Source: Eledone cirrhosa
Lineage: Eukaryota
DNA: 64,000 bases
Assembly: GCA_964016885.1 (NCBI GenBank)
Contig: OZ024743.1
Span: forward strand, 197,780,001-197,844,000
Direction of reading: 5' to 3'
Each line of letters starts with the position of its first letter. The stretch's first letter is position 1. This document shows positions 1 to 14,350 of this stretch, piece after piece. The translations under genes and the position numbers were made by a program. The notes under the pieces are model-generated. The model searched no databases and was not told the DNA's origin. It was given only the letters and a program-made list of their open reading frames with translations.

Positions 1-106
1 TTTCTAGAATCTTAGACTTATTTTGCGGGTGATATGGCGCATGTCTTTCTGGCATGACACCCATAATTTTGATTTAGATTAAATTCATTTGATTTATCTT
101 AATTTT

Positions 107-156
<50 letters not shown>

Positions 157-204
157 ACACACACACAGACATATATATATATATATATATATATATAGAT
201 ATAT

Positions 205-380
205 GAAAATGTTTGACCCCGACGGCAGAGCTCAACCCGGTTCGACGGCTATTTCTGAAATAGCCGTCTAAACGGCTTGAGTTCTGCCGTCGGGGTCAAA
301 CATTTTCCTATTACCCACTCTACTATTGAGTACTATGGTGCGTTATGGTCCATCTGGTTCCTTACCACACCTCCTTCGTT
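205..380 (+). mobile_element. Family A fold-back mini-element (Penelope-like pLTR fragment, 3' half of a hammerhead motif)
   Basis: Inverted arms ~205-255/257-307 (gaccccgacggcagagctcaa...ttgagttctgccgtcggggtc) plus an unpaired tail ending ccttcgtt. Flanked by (TA)n. Homologous to 7748, 10801, 29320 and 35126. Confidence 0.75.
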
Positions 381-404
381 ATATATATATATATATACAT
401 ACAT

Positions 405-480
<76 letters not shown>

Positions 481-974
481 GCTTGTGGGTGTATGATTGT
501 GCATATGCGTGAGGGTGTGTAGATACACTAATGTCGCGTTTCGAATGCTGAATAGTGAGTGTAATATATTTAAATAAAATCAGACTTCAGAATTTCAACA
601 CCAAAACTCCCTCTGGTGGTGCTCAGAATGCGACAAGTAGTGAAAGGAGGGACATGAGAGCTGAGCTAATATTTTGGCACATTTCAGACAATGTTGTGTA
701 AGTCTGCCTCGTCTCACAATCTCAATACTCCTATATAGTCTCAGTTGATTGAAATGATTTTATATTTAGAATGTGAGACGCTACTTGTACCCATACATTT
801 AATTGTAGAGCAACGCTCGCACATAACGTCATTATGTTTTGTTCACACTCCTACACGGATATCTCCAGTATATATATATATATGCATTAATTTCTCGCTC
901 CATTGAAAGCTTTGTGAGTGCCTCAAACAATTAACATCTGCTATATTGCGGCTACAACTTCGATTGATAACCAA

Positions 975-1031
975 TATTATATATGTATATACACATGTAT
1001 ATATATTATATATGTGTGTGTGTATGTATGT

Positions 1032-1120
<89 letters not shown>

Positions 1121-1130
1121 TGTGTGTATG

Positions 1131-1188
<58 letters not shown>

Positions 1189-1234
1189 CTGTATTCTAAA
1201 TATTTTCGTCGGAAACGATAAATAGATGAACAAA

Positions 1235-1299
<65 letters not shown>

Positions 1300-1300
1300 G
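975..1300. repeat. Compound microsatellite (TA)n/(TG)n/(GA)n/(TAA)n
   Basis: Directly visible. Representative of dozens of similar tracts across the window. Confidence 0.97.
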
Positions 1301-1521
1301 TAATAACATCATCAATGACAACAATAACAACAATAAAAATAATGGAAGCTAATACAATGGACACTTTATATGCTCCGCTTACTATTTTATCTATAATCTT
1401 TATTTTATTTTACTCGTTCACTCACACCAGTTCCTTCCTCTTCATTATTGCTGATCTAATTGTTTGAAAAGATTCAAACAGGCGGACATAGAACACGTAT
1501 ATCAAACTGTGCCCATGTATG

Positions 1522-1555
<34 letters not shown>

Positions 1556-1631
1556 TGTATGTATGTATATATGTATGTATGTATGTATGTGTAAGTATGT
1601 ATGTATTTATTCACATATGCATGTAGTTATG

Positions 1632-1725
<94 letters not shown>

Positions 1726-1783
1726 CATATATATATATATATATATACACATTTATACGTACATATATATATATATATATATA

Positions 1784-1820
<37 letters not shown>

Positions 1821-2044
1821 CACTACATGCATATGTGAATAAATAAATATATATATACGTGTGTGTCTGTGTGAGTGTATGTATGTCTATGTATATATAT
1901 ATATATGCATGCATGTGTGTGTGCGTGTGTGTGTGTATGTATATATATATATATGCATGTATGCATATGCGTATGCATGTGTATGTGTGTGTGCGTATTG
2001 CTGAACGAGACGAACCAAATTGGTCTTAAATCGACTCCTCACTG

Positions 2045-2300
2045 ATCGAGTTTCCCCCTTAAGGCTATGCGAAAAAATGATTCCATTGCACAGGCAGGGA
2101 TAAGAGATCAAGAATTCGTAAATCCTTGTCGAAGTCGGATATTGATTTGAATCTAAAGCTTTGTATCCGGTCTGACAGCTTTGTTCTATTGCACACACTC
2201 CGAGACAATGGCACACAGCAGACAAATAGATTGCTTTGGTCTGCGGAGAAATCACGTTTCCTCCAAACCATCTATGGGAATAAAGTATTCCAATATAAAC
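2045..2300 (+). pseudogene. Degenerate Helitron PIF1-helicase C-terminal remnant
   Basis: Frame-hopping translation FPLRLCEKMIPLHRQG*...SLSKSDIDL...QLCSIA...QTIYGNKVFQ resembles the Helitron QFPLRLAFAMTINKSQGQSL..VGIDL...GQLYVA...TxNIVYKEV motifs in the same order. Confidence 0.45.
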
Positions 2301-2602
2301 AGAGAATCGACCGTGAAATACAAGAGTTAGCAAGACAATGGAAAATGGAATGTTTAACGTTTTCTAACTCCTCGTGTGGATCGTATTGTCTCGTCAAATC
2401 AATTTGTTAATCTACCAATCAATCTATCTCCTTTTATTATGTTACCTCTCATTCCTTCTCTCTCTCTCTCCCTCTCTCTATATCTCTCTCACTCACACAC
2501 ACAGTCTCTCTCTCGTTCCTGTAGCTCCTACTATACTTTCTTTCTTTCTCAATTTCTGTTTGACACACGCGTACAGATATCCGTCAGTCAAGGTCTGTTT
2601 CA

Positions 2603-2645
<43 letters not shown>

Positions 2646-2690
2646 AACCTATCTCCCTATGTCTGTCTGTCTGTGTTTCTGTTCATCTGT

Positions 2691-2805
<115 letters not shown>

Positions 2806-3286
2806 TATATATATATATTTCGATCTATTGTAATAAGACTTTCAGTTAATAACACTAAGTATTCATATATAGCGATGTATTAATCATTTGTACGACACAG
2901 CTGATAAAGTATCTATTCGTTTCTCCATAAAGAAAAGTGCTTCATCTTTGTATTTCACTAACAATACGTAGTTTCTTTGTCACACACTTACCTTGCAGTG
3001 GTCCATAAGTACGTATCATGGAAGGTAATATTGGAGATACATGCAGCATATTGTCGACATTTAACTTATATTACTTTAACATTGCTGAAGTCTTCTTCAT
3101 AGATTTAAACTTAAATATCACCACAATGTCAATACCTGCAAGTCTACGGACAACCAAAAGAACGCATGGAAATTGATAAAAAATAATAATAGGGCGCAAA
3201 GAATTCGTCAGTCACCTACCTTTATCGAAGGTGAGAAATATCGCAATGCTTGGAAAAACAATTTCAAAGCATTGCTGAATAATAAC

Positions 3287-3503
3287 GGTTTCTTATATAG
3301 GCACAAGACCAGCAATTTTAGGGAAAGGGGTAAGTCGATTAAATCGACCCCAGTGCGTGACTGTTACTTTATTTTATCGACCCGGTAAGGATGAAAGGCA
3401 AAGTTAACCTCGGCGGGATTTGAACTCAGATCATAGAGGTCCATAACTCTATGCCGCAAGCATGGCCTCCGATCCTCTACCGATACTGCCAATCCGCGGC
3501 TCT
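3287..3503 (-). mobile_element. tRNA-derived SINE (Meta-domain-like core) with 18-bp TSD
   Basis: Minus strand has a B-box-like gagttcaaatccc and a core gcctttcatccttaccgggtcgataaaataaagt. TSD gcattgctgaataataac at 3269-3286 and 3504-3521. Confidence 0.85.
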
Positions 3504-3965
3504 GCATTGCTGAATAATAACAGCACCATAAACGACGAATTCACTATCGAACAATGTCAACACCAATTCTTTTGTTGCAGATTTCTACCCGGATGCACTT
3601 AAAAGCGACATCAATCAGATAAAAATCAAGGCGCCAGGCCTAGATGGCCTACAACTAGATATTTAGAAACTTTAAAATGTCCAAACTATATTTTATATGC
3701 CAATACAAGTGCAAGAATGACGGAGTAATTCTATTCACATGGCTTAAAGAGGTTGTTCCCATGATTACAAACGAATCGAATATTATTATTAATATTCGAA
3801 AGACTCAGATTTACATTTATTTTACTAAACTTTAACGGAAACCGACCAGAAGAATGGGGTACTTCCGCGATAATACTTATTTCCAAGAAAGGCGATATTT
3901 GGAAACCAAACAATTATCGACACTAGTGGCTCCTAAAATTTATAATCGCCTTATCTTGAACAGGC

Positions 3966-4226
3966 GAATTAGCAGAGTCCTTAAGACGTCGGATTCATCC
4001 CATCTCATTGCGTGCTCTGAGTTCAAATCCTGCCGTGGTCAACTTTACTTTTTATCCTTTAGAGGTCGATAAAAAAAGTACCAGTCCAGTACCAGGGTCG
4101 ATTCTTCCTCAATAGAAAAAATCGACTGTGTTCAGATGTGGAGAGGGTTGGGCTGCGTCAGGTTAAAAATTGCCCTAGACATGCCGTATGACGTTGCTTC
4201 TAAGACTCCACAAGGAGTCATGAGAT
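3966..4226 (+). mobile_element. SINE insertion within the RTE element
   Basis: gagttcaaatcctgccgtggtcaacttt...ggtcgataaaaaaagtaccagt. Flanked by near-duplicate ttatc(c)ttgaacaggc at ~3951-3965 and ~4229-4244. Confidence 0.75.
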
Positions 4227-6027
4227 CTTTATCCTTGAACAGGCTTCGATAAGAAATCGAAAAAACCCTACGTCCAAACCAAAATATATTTAGATCATCT
4301 CGATCTACCTCATCACAAATTATGGCTCTACAATGTCTAAACGAAGGAGGAAGAAATCATCACAGAGATGACACATCGACTTTTATAGACTTTCGAAAAG
4401 CGTTTGATTGCATTAACCGTGAACTTATGTTTGCGATTCTACTTGCCTACGGTATTCCTCTTAAATTCGATAATGGAATTAGAATCATGTACGAAAACAA
4501 TCTTGCTACACTACTGACAGCAGGAGGAGGAACTGACGTTGTTCAGGTAGTCACAGCTGTACTTCAAGGCGATCCTCTCGCACCGTATTTATTTATCATT
4601 CTACTTGACTATGCACTACGTGTTGCTATTGATGATGAATTTACCCTTCAAACGTGTAGAAGCACGAGACATCAAGTCATAACATCTAACAAATATGAAA
4701 GTTGCTAATGACATTGTCTTAAGTGCAGATTCAATGAGTAAGGTGGAGAATCTCTTACACAAGCCTATAATTTTATACACAAACTCTGGGACACTTCCTA
4801 AATGTCAACAAAACCAAATACATGAATATCAACTCAGATAAAACAACAGACATCAAATCATTAAGCAGTACTTTTCTCAAAACGTAGTTGATTTCAATAC
4901 CTGGCGCATACACCAACTCGTCAAATGATATAAACAACAGCATAGGACAAGCATGGTCTGCTATGAACTCCTTAGATAAGGTGTGAACATCTAACATAAC
5001 AACAAAAATAAAAGTTAGATTATTCAACGCTACAGTGAAATCAATCTTACTGTATTACTAGTATCTTGGCTGGTGACAATACCTATCACCAAAGGTTTAG
5101 ATGGTTGCTACACACGAATGCTAAATATCAAACATCTTGACAGTTTTACAAACAAAATTCTCTCCGGCAGCCTCCCGCCCATTAGCCATACCATCTGTGT
5201 CAGGCGTCTTCAACTTGCAGTTCATGAAACACAAACGTGGAAAACCTCTCAAGATATTAAAGAGAGTCATTTATGAAGATACATAACTATCTGATCAAGA
5301 ACTGAAGAGGTTAAGGTGTAATAGCGTGAGATGGAAAGGTTTTATCATGTCACCAAAAAAGAAGAGGATGAATTTAGTAGAGTAGTAGTACCCCAAAACG
5401 AATCGAATATTTCAGTTGACCAATATCAAACAATATTTTCGTTGAGAAATAATTTGAGAGGCAAAGACTTCTAATAGCCAAGTTCACCAACTGTATGCTT
5501 TATATGTAGTCTACTTTCGTTTGAAGCTACAACTTAACAACGCCATTAATTTTACTACTTTTTGTAAGAATACAAACAGTATGTAAGATATGTGAAATGA
5601 GATCTAGTCAGCAACTTCTCTCCCATAAAATATACACTTTTGAAGTTTAACCTCAGATCAGTCGGAATCGAACAGATCTATGAATGGTCTTCCAGTCGTG
5701 ACCATTCCATCTGTGTTTTGCATATATGTATGGATCCATTACTCCTGGTGGATTTCTTGCAGCACCATAATGAAATACATCGTCTCTTGATTTTTTAAAA
5801 CCTGGCAGTGCTTTTCCGCTCTCTAGATCAGAACAACATCCAATTTATCTCAGAAAGGTATAATGGGAGATAGAGTATAAGCAAGAAAGAGATACAGAGG
5901 AAGAATAGACTCTCAGTACTGGACTGGGGCACTATTTTTAGAGCTCGAAAGGTTGAAAGGCAAAGTTGACTCGAGCTGGTTTTGAGTTCATGGTGCAGAA
6001 TTGCCGGAATGAATTCTAACCGACGCC

Positions 6028-6198
6028 AGCTGCTGCTGCTGCTGCTGCTTCTTCTTCTTCTTCTTCTTCTTCTTCTTCTTCTTCTTCTTCTTCTTCTTCT
6101 TCTTCTTCTTCTTCTTCTTCTTCTTCTTCTTCTTCTTCTTCTTCTTCTTCTTCTTCTTCTTCTTCTTCTTCTTCTTCTTCTTCTTCTTCTTCTTCTTC
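6028..6198. repeat. (CTG)n(CTT)n trinucleotide tract next to a SINE remnant (~5905-6027)
   Basis: Directly visible. Confidence 0.95.
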
Positions 6199-6862
6199 AA
6201 TGGAATTGCTATGTTTAATGCCAAAATACTGCAATGCAATTCGTTGTCTTATTTGTTTAAAACCCTAAACTGCCCGAAAGAAATTCCGTAAAGAAATTTG
6301 CCAAACATCTGATCTAGTATTTCAAATAGTCACAATAAATATCCCTATTAAAAGATAAAGAATCTAAAATAGTAGATAAAACGAGTAAGTACCTGCAAGA
6401 AGTCTATGTAAATTTATTAGGTTTGAGATGATTTGTGAGAAGAATACACGAAATATCTTCTGTAAATGCCGGTTTGCAGCATACCAGATGTGTGAGCAAG
6501 ATGAAATGTTCCGTTTCCGAATCCAGTCCTATTTCATGTTATCTCAATTGTATTTCAAACGATCTGTTGTTTCTTATACAACAAGTAATTGTTGCTCATC
6601 TCAGCTTACAATGATAACTAACAAATGATATTCAAGACACAGTTGTTAGTATCGGATAATTGTTTTGTATAAGTGTGTAGTGCAAGAAATATGATTAATT
6701 GAAAAAAGAAGACCGTTCTAACGTCTGTGAAATAGATACCAAGCTAACCAAAATGGTATTAGCTAGTCATATCATATTTATATATCAGCATGTTTGCGAT
6801 TGTAGACATCTGGATGTGTTTTGTTTACTATTACAAAGTGCATTAGTATATATGTATATATA

Positions 6863-6963
<101 letters not shown>

Positions 6964-7668
6964 ATGTGTGTTGTGTGTGTACATATGTACAAATATATAT
7001 ATATATATAAATGTGTGAGTGAGAGCGTGAGTGTCTATGTCTATACATGTATACATGTATACGTGCAAGTTAGTGATTTTATGTTTTGAGGGGGAGCGCC
7101 TGATTGACTAGACAGGGGTGCTCTATCTTACAGTTTGGCGCTATTTGAAGCTTTTTGAGGATTTCCTTCCTCTACTGAATTTGATGCCAGTATTATAACT
7201 GTTATTTCTGCTGGACTACAGCTGTGTCTTTGAGAATTCTAGTAATCAGAATCCTCAATAAACCAAGAATCTTCAACAATATGGAAAATGCTTTACGCTA
7301 TAGAGATGCATTTAGAAGAAAGCAGAATTTCTTACGTACAAACACATGGTAAAATAAATTGAATAACAGTCTGCAGTATATAAGAAATGGTAGACTCGAT
7401 CCGTAACATTTAGAGCAATGAAACATATATCCTTCGGATCAGTGAAACCTATTTCCTTCTGATATGACGAATATATATACACATACACACGTCCACACAC
7501 AGACACACATAGACACAGGCACAGACACACACACACAGACACACACACACACCATACACACAAACACAGAGGCACACACACACACACACACACACGCAAA
7601 CATATAAATACATCAAACACACACACATACGTACTCACAGACATACATATATATATATATATATACAT

Positions 7669-7715
<47 letters not shown>

Positions 7716-7747
7716 CATGTAAGTAAATAAATATATATATATAAATA

Positions 7748-7910
7748 TAACAAAGGAATTGTGGTAAGGAACCAGATGGACCATAACGCACCAGAGTACT
7801 TAGGGTAGTAGAGTGGGAAATAGGAAAAAGTAAGACCCCGACGGCAGAGCTCAGGCAGTTTTGACGGCTATTTCTGGAGCTTGAGCTCTGCCGACGGGGT
7901 CTTACTTTTT

Positions 7911-7914
<4 letters not shown>
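7748..7914 (-). mobile_element. Family A fold-back mini-element
   Basis: Tail aaggaattgtggtaaggaacc... followed by arms taggaaaaagtaagaccccgacggcagagctcaggc / gcttgagctctgccgacggggtcttactttttccta. (TA)n on both sides. Confidence 0.8.
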
Positions 7915-7946
<32 letters not shown>

Positions 7947-8914
7947 AATACACACACACACGCACACACATATATATATACACACATTTAAATGGCTCCT
8001 CACTATCCTATAGCTTAACTGGATATGAAACTGAATCCAACGTTTCTTGATTCACCTCATGTTGATAATGTTATTTTGTTATAGTTTTATATAATTAAAA
8101 TAAATAAAGCAGGATTTATATGTGATCTGCTTCTATTGTAACGACAAATAAAATAAATCAAATATCATAAAGATATTCACTGGAATGTTTATGCTAGGAA
8201 ATGATCTCGTTGGTATGAATCAACAAGGAAATGTAAACCAAAGAAGTATATGATTCTGCACCATAACACGAAAGAAGATACTGACGCGTCAGTAGGGAGG
8301 GCGGTTTGTCTGAAAATATCAATGCTCAACACAGCACACTAAGATATTATAATTTAGTTTGATATAGATTATAGTAAGGATAAGGATTCTTTGTTGGTAC
8401 GATGGACGTAGTTGAGATTGTAACGTAAGCATGACTAAGAGGTTTGTTTTGACGCTACACTACTTTTAATTTCGGTCCCACTGGACGGCAATGAGGTGAA
8501 GGGTCATCTACCATAGACTTAGATTTACCAATGTCTTTAGAGAGTAATTTTGGCATTTTGTACGATCAAATCGTGCGGAACCTCGTCATATATATAGATG
8601 AATGGTAAAGTTGATACTGCTCGGATATGATCTCAAAACATCGAGAAACCAAACTAAATACTGAAATACTTTTATAGCAGTCCGAATTTCCGAATATTGC
8701 TGTATTAGTGACACAAAATCTGAGTATTTAGACTTTTTTAAAAACAAATTATACATATTCAAACTGCATTTTTCAAAGTACAATATAAGAAAACAAAAAA
8801 CTAAGAATAAAGGCCAACGGGTACATTTCGTTGAGGGTTATAAGGTATTGGAAGAATACAAATAATCAGAACAAGATGAATCTATTTGATCATCTCATGA
8901 ATTAATTGAAAAAA

Positions 8915-9770
8915 AAAATAATGATTTCTAGTATAAGATTAAATCGATCCCAGTACGTTACTGGTGCTTTATTTTATCGACCCCGTAATGATAAAAGGCA
9001 AAGCTAAGATAAGCGGGATTTGAACTCAAACCGTAATGGGACGTAACTCCATGGGGCGATGAGGCAACAATATACCATCTATGTTGTCAATCTACCTGTA
9101 AAAATAGTACCTAAATATCTCTTACATAAGACCCTACCATATAAAAAAAGAAATAGTTTTTTCTAGCATTAACACAAGGCCATATTTAATAATTCTAATT
9201 TAAATCTAAGGCCAGTAATTCAGAGGGGGGAGGGAAAGGTCGATTAAATTGTCGCTAGTATTTCACTGGTTTTAAAAGACAAAGTTGACCCCGGTGGTAT
9301 TTAAATTTTAGAATGTAGAGACCTGTAAAAAAATACCACGAATTATTTGTCAAAGTTCTACCGATTCTGACAACCCACCGCCCTTAAAATAATTGTTTCT
9401 ACTTTTGGCACAAGGCCAGCTAATACCGAGTGCATTACTGGTACTTTATTTTATCGACCCCGTAAGGATGAAAGGCAAAGTTAACCTCGGTGGGATTTGA
9501 ACTCAGAATGGCAAGGGCCGTAACTCTATGCGTCAAAGCATGGAGTCCGACCTTCTACCGATACTGCCAATCCACCGACCTTAAAATAATGGTTTCTGAT
9601 TTAGACACAAGGCCAACAATTTTGGAGGATGGGAAAGTTGATTAAATCTACCCCAGCGCTTGACTGGTATTTCTTTTTCCCGACACCTAAACTTTAAAAG
9701 GCAAAGTTGTTCTAGACTGGATGTGAACTGTAAAGAGCTGTAACTAAATGGTGCAAAGCATTTCATACGA
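8915..9770 (-). mobile_element. Cluster of four SINE copies, three head-to-tail
   Basis: Repeated ggcacaaggcc...tttatcgaccccgtaaggatgaaaggcaaagttaacctcgg...tttgaactcag...ctaccgatactgccaatcc units. Confidence 0.8.
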
Positions 9771-10107
9771 TACACATTAATGTTTGAATGAATGTACATA
9801 CCTTAACGAGATGATAATAATGACTAGAGAGAACATACACCTCAGTGACATTAGTACACATAACAAGAGTGACATAAATCATAAACGTAGTAAAACACAA
9901 AAATGCCACATATACAGGACGAATAATTAAGCTTACAGTAATACTTCATATCTTTTCAATTTAGACAGATCCGAACTAGATGACAAATAAAAATAATCTG
10001 TCTGTTTCCCTTTCTCTCTTTCCCCCTCTCATTCTGTCACTCTCTCACATGCACCCACTTTCTCTCATTTTTTTCTCTCCTTCAAATACACGTTCTCTCT
10101 CACTCTC

Positions 10108-10189
<82 letters not shown>

Positions 10190-10284
10190 TATGTGTCTAC
10201 ACATATATATATGTATACATATATATATGTATATATGTATATATGTATATATATATAACATATATACATATAGATATATATACA

Positions 10285-10320
<36 letters not shown>

Positions 10321-10339
10321 GTTTATATATATATATTTG

Positions 10340-10371
<32 letters not shown>

Positions 10372-10432
10372 TATTTATATAATATATCCCGCATTTTTTT
10401 CTCTCCTACAAATACACGTCTCTCTCAATCTC

Positions 10433-10502
<70 letters not shown>

Positions 10503-10551
10503 TATATACATATATATATACATATATACGTGTATACACATATATATATGT

Positions 10552-10595
<44 letters not shown>

Positions 10596-10629
10596 ATATA
10601 TATAACATATATACATATATATATATACA

Positions 10630-10687
<58 letters not shown>

Positions 10688-10753
10688 TTGTATATATATA
10701 TATGTATACATATATATATAAATATATATAATATATATATGTATATATATATG

Positions 10754-10800
<47 letters not shown>

Positions 10801-10805
<5 letters not shown>

Positions 10806-10937
10806 AGAGTGGGTAATAGGAACGAGTAGGACCCCGACGGCTGAGCTCAAGCCGGTTCGACGGCTAATTCTGGACGGATTGAGTCCAGAATTAGCCGTCG
10901 AAACGGCTTGAGCTCAGCCGTCGGGGTCCTACTCGTT

Positions 10938-10941
<4 letters not shown>
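10801..10941 (-). mobile_element. Family A fold-back mini-element (best-preserved hammerhead 3' half)
   Basis: Arms 10817-10875/10883-10941. The right arm reads GACGG..CCGTC GAAA CGGCT-loop-AGCCG TC GGGGTC. Embedded in (TA)n. Confidence 0.85.
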
Positions 10942-10991
<50 letters not shown>

Positions 10992-10992
10992 C

Positions 10993-11125
<133 letters not shown>

Positions 11126-11130
11126 CATAC

Positions 11131-11209
<79 letters not shown>

Positions 11210-11295
11210 AACACAAACACACACACTTATATATACACATATATAAATATATTATATATATATAAATATATATATATATAAATAAATATATATAA

Positions 11296-11444
<149 letters not shown>

Positions 11445-11468
11445 ATATATTATATTATATATATATAA

Positions 11469-11603
<135 letters not shown>

Positions 11604-12111
11604 TATGTATGTATAATCACAGACACATATAGACACATATAATGCTGTGCTGAATGCTATCAAAGATGTCCTAGATTAAAATACCTGCAATGAAGGTCTG
11701 TCTTATCATAATTTTACACTTTAATTGTGTATAATATACAGTGCCAGAGGTAAAGCCCATCTTTGATCTAGTGGATAGATCGAACAGAAGAAAGAAAGAT
11801 AGAACGAAAAATATGAGGAAGAGAAAAACGTGGTGGGTATGATGAAGAAGAACATAGAGTAATCACTTAATTGCAAATGAAATAGTCTGGTTTTTTTAAA
11901 CAAAGCCACATCAAAAGTGGGGAACATTAAACTGTAAACACAAAACACTAAAAAGCAACAACAACGAAACTCTGTTCTTTGCTTCTAGTTTCTATAATGG
12001 CTGTTTGCAATGTAATGCTTTTATAGAAGCTTGTTAGAAATAATGTTTCGCATCTTTAAAATGTTTGAAAACAAGAAAGGATAATGAACTAAACTAAACT
12101 AAAAATAAATA

Positions 12112-12142
<31 letters not shown>

Positions 12143-12555
12143 TAATGTAAATAAAATGATAGATAAAAAAAAAATGAAATAAAAAATATTAAAAATAGAA
12201 ATAAATATAAAAATGAAACCAACGCCACAGAAATGTCGTTAGATACCTAGATTTCTATTGATCCAAGGTTTTGAAATGTTTTGCACCATTTCCATTACAA
12301 TTGGTCACCATTAAACAGTAATGTACGTGACTTAAATCCGTTCGTTGTTGGTATCTATATATTTCAGAATTGGAAAAAGTAAAAAGAGTTAAATGAGACA
12401 AAAAAAAAAAAGAAAAAAAAACATTGCTGCTTCGATGAATAGCATGGTCTGTTGTCTATGTGGTAAGTAATTTGAAGTCTTCAGACTACCTGTGTGATAC
12501 ATATATATGTGTATGTGTGGGTGTATGTATTTGTATATAAATGAAAACATATATC

Positions 12556-12628
<73 letters not shown>

Positions 12629-12632
12629 ATGC

Positions 12633-12691
<59 letters not shown>

Positions 12692-12741
12692 CGTGTGTGT
12701 GTGTGTGTGTGTGTGAAAATGTACATGTACATATATATATA

Positions 12742-12810
<69 letters not shown>

Positions 12811-13336
12811 CTTATTAAGGCTATTGTTCGCCATAGAACTCCCAAATTAAAACAAGTAGAGTGTAGGTATTTTTATATGGTAGATATGCCCTACGGTCAA
12901 GCTTGAACCATTTTGATGGCGAAATGGAAAAAAATAAAGTATATTTCTATGCGCATTGTACTGGTTTCCGAACACCTGATCATGTATATATATATATATA
13001 TATACATACATGCATACATATATATATATATGGTGGCTGCCAACTCGTTTTCGAGTACGGCCACTACTTAATATCCATGTAGGAGAACCCCTACCGATGC
13101 GCTGAACGAGTGTGACGTTTTAGTCCAACCAGCGACTTGAAAACGCTAGTACAAACACTACACTTATGACAATTATTGACACATAGTGCTGGGCCCATGG
13201 TACCATGTGACGACAAGTGCAGAGAGATCTCCAGATATATAGCAATGCCTGTGCCGTGAAACTTTTATAGTGAGCAAAGGCACATGTATCCATACATACA
13301 TACATACATACATACATACATACATACATACATACA

Positions 13337-13423
<87 letters not shown>

Positions 13424-13574
13424 CATACATATATATATATATATTTACAAAAATGGCCTAGACATACAATACAATAGGAGGAAATATAATAGTGCCACTG
13501 ATGATGTTGCAGATGTGCAACGAAAGAAATTTGATAGACTCTATATATATATATATATATTTATATCTGTATTT

Positions 13575-14051
<477 letters not shown>

Positions 14052-14117
14052 CGGGATAACAAGTTATCGTTGTTAGAGGTAGTCCAGTTAGAGTACTCCT
14101 GTTGTGAATGTCTCTTG

Positions 14118-14171
<54 letters not shown>

Positions 14172-14173
<2 letters not shown>

Positions 14174-14350
14174 AAAAGTTAAACAGAAATAACAACACAA
14201 TCGGTACAGTATATGGAAGGTATATATTAGGTTAACGCTTGATATAACAGGAAGAAGGTCCTAACGTTTCGGACGCTAGCCCTTCATCAGAAGAAAGAAT
14301 GAGAAATAAAATAGATTAAGGAGACGGGCGGGATGGAATTGGAAAAAAAT
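14172..14350 (-). mobile_element. Family B Penelope-like pLTR fragment
   Basis: Homologous to ~23340-23530 (+) and ~38945-39070 (-). Contains a hammerhead motif and ends at a microsatellite. Confidence 0.7.
14259..14294 (-). ncRNA. Minimal type I hammerhead ribozyme motif (short stem III)
   Basis: UCUU CUGAUGA A GGGC UAGC GUCC GAAA CG U U^ AGGA: canonical core, 4-bp stems I and II. Confidence 0.75.

Larger units (their letters stand above)
3170..5350 (+). mobile_element. Decayed RTE-clade non-LTR retrotransposon (RT region), interrupted by two SINEs
   Basis: Motifs in order: KAPGLDG (~3628), PKIYNRLILNR, LRPNQN, FIDFRKAFDCI, VLQGDPLAPYLFIILLDY (ORF 4322-4708), LDGCYTRML. Many stops and frameshifts. 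Confidence 0.85.

Noticed and set aside
531-592. Minus-strand ctgaag...cGAAACGCGAC, a possible decayed hammerhead
   Set aside because: The core and cleavage triplet are both broken and stem I is unconvincing.
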